Of a DNA stretch of 64,000 nucleotides, positions 62,345 to 64,000 are shown in pieces. The stretch comes from Gemmatimonadales bacterium (GTDB lineage: Bacteria > Gemmatimonadota > Gemmatimonadetes > Gemmatimonadales > GWC2-71-9), in contig OZ252244.1 in assembly GCA_965249575.1 (NCBI GenBank), positions 2,912,001 to 2,976,000 on the forward strand, written 5' to 3'. The notes under the pieces were generated by a model. That model ran no database searches. It was not told where the DNA came from and saw nothing but the letters and a program-made list of their open reading frames with translations. The translations under genes were made by a program, and so were the position numbers. Position 1 is the stretch's first letter. Each line of letters opens with the position of its first letter.

Positions 62345-64000
62345 GTGACCGATCCCTTGAGCCGTCTCACCGCCGCCCTCTCGGACCGCTACGCGATCGA
62401 GCGCGAGCTCGGTTCGGGCGGGATGGCCACCGTCTACCTCGCGGAGGACCTGAAGCACAACCGCCAGGTTGCGGTGAAGGTGTTCCGGCCCGCGGTCGGG
62501 ACCTTGCTCGGCACCGAACGGTTTTTGCGCGAGATCGGGATCGCCGCCCGCTTACAGCACCCCCACATTCTCCCACTGCACGACTCGGGCTCTGCCGACG
62601 GCCTGCTGTACTACGTCATGCCGTACGTGGAGGGTGAATCGCTCGCCGACCGATTGCGGCGCGAGGGGCCCGTCACCCTCGAGACCGCCATGGCCATCAC
62701 GAGGGAGGTCGCGAGCGCGCTTCAGTACGCCCACCGGCAGGGAGTCCTTCACCGGGACATCAAGCCGGCCAACATCCTCCTCTCGGGCGGCCACGCGGTG
62801 GTTGCAGACTTTGGGATTGCTCGCGCGGTGAGCGCCGCGACGGGGCCGCAGATAACCGAAGAGGGGATGGCCGTTGGCACGCCCGCATACATGAGTCCCG
62901 AGCAGGCAACCGCCGAGCCTGGCGATCTCGACGAGCGTTCGGATATCTACAGTCTAGGGTGAGTGCTTTACGAGATGCTGGTCGGCAAGCCACCGTACAC
63001 CGGACCAACCGCGCAGGCAATCTTCGCGCAGATCATAACGTCGCGCCGTTCAGTACTTCCGGGCCCGCCGTTCAGTTTCTCAGCGAGGGGATGGTCGACC
63101 TCCTGTCGACAAATCTGGACGCTGTCGGGGGGATCCGGACCATTGACCCGCGTACCGTTCTGCATCAATGGCGCGAGTGATCCCGAGGTGGCCCCCTCGA
63201 TCTCGAAGCGTCACTCGCGGTTGGGCGGAGCCTCGACGCGGGCTCGGTCCTCGTCGGGAGTGTGGTCGAAGCCGGCCCGGTCGTTCGACTCACGGCCGAG
63301 TTGCGTACGGTCGGTGGTGAGCGGCTGGCTCAGGCCACGGCGGACGGAGAGGCCGACAGCATCCTGTCGCTGGTGGACACGTTGAGTTTCAAGCTGCTGC
63401 GGGAGATCTGGCGGGCACGCACGCCCGTTCCCGACCTGAGGGTCAGCGCGATCACGACTGGCTCCCTCCAGGCCGTGCGAGCCTATCTGCAGGGGGAGCA
63501 GTACTACAGGCGGTCGCAGTGGGACTCAGCCGCCGCTTTCTTTGGAGCGGCAATCGACGCGGACTCGGCGTTCGCCCTCGCTCTCCTACGCATGGGGCAG
63601 ACGATAGGGTGGCTCAGGGGACACGGCTCCCCGCTTGCACTGTGGCTGGGTGAAACAGCCGCCCGGCAGGCCGACCGTCTCCCACTGAGGGAGCGCGAGC
63701 TCGTCGTTGCCAATCGTCTGTTCCAGCAAGGCCGCCTCGCCGCCCTCGATACCCTGCGCGCCTACATCGCTCGATACCCTGAGGACGCGGAAGGATGGTA
63801 CCAATACGGTACCGTCCAGTATGAGGCGCGCCACCTCATTGCAGTCACTCCCCAGGAGCTGTACGCGCCGTTCGACCGCGTACACGAGTTGGATGCATCC
63901 CTCACGCCCGCGTTGATCCGCGCGGTCGAGCTCACGTTGGAAGAAGGCGATAGCGTCAGGTTCGCGCGGCGCCGCGGATTCGACATCCAGATCCGCACGA
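62345..64000 (+). pseudogene. Ser/Thr kinase-TolB-N-like-TPR gene with multiple lesions (runs off right edge)
   Basis: GSGGMATV, VAVK, HRDIKPAN, DFG and YMSPE. TGA at 62960 (DIYSLG*VLYEM), a deletion/frameshift junction near 63038, a second TGA at 63178, then TPR-like AYLQGEQYY...AIDADSAFALA. Confidence 0.85.

Noticed and set aside
62960..63000. Selenocysteine at the TGA replacing the Cys in DIYSLG*VLYEM, with a small downstream hairpin (GGTCGGCAAGCCACC)
   Set aside because: This Cys is structural rather than redox-active, and the hairpin is weak. The same gene has a deletion/frameshift and a second TGA, so pseudogene or error is simpler.
19505..63180. Genome-wide TGA reassignment (genetic code 4 or 25)
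   Set aside because: TGA terminates many intact genes at their natural ends. The internal TGAs correspond to Ser or Cys rather than one amino acid.

Overview
GC-rich bacterial chromosomal segment, most likely Gemmatimonadota. This is inferred from the lineage-typical 'MTDPLSRLTAALSDRYAIERELGSGGMATVYLAEDLKH' kinase, the DUF5916 paralogs and the HEAT-cyclophilin fusion, and was not checked against a database. It holds about 50 genes, many for exported or envelope proteins, one tRNA-Asn(GUU), and no recognisable integrase, transposase, CRISPR array or rRNA. Main highlights: (1) a ccl-ict-ich-MmgE/PrpD operon with a divergent acyl-CoA dehydrogenase, resembling the Pseudomonas itaconate/C5-dicarboxylate cluster; (2) an Omp85-type barrel carrying an atypical kinase-like N-terminal domain, plus a separate lipoprotein metallophosphoesterase; (3) three paralogs of a secreted His-rich beta-propeller; (4) two homologous small zinc-ribbon proteins, one with an (E/D)RR-repeat tail; (5) a multicopper oxidase with an RskA-like N-terminal domain; (6) an exported truncated haemoglobin with an atypical distal pocket; (7) intergenic heptamer repeats, some forming hairpins; (8) many orphan gene termini. 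Several genes carry single-base indels or in-frame stops. Sequencing error is the simplest explanation for the indels.
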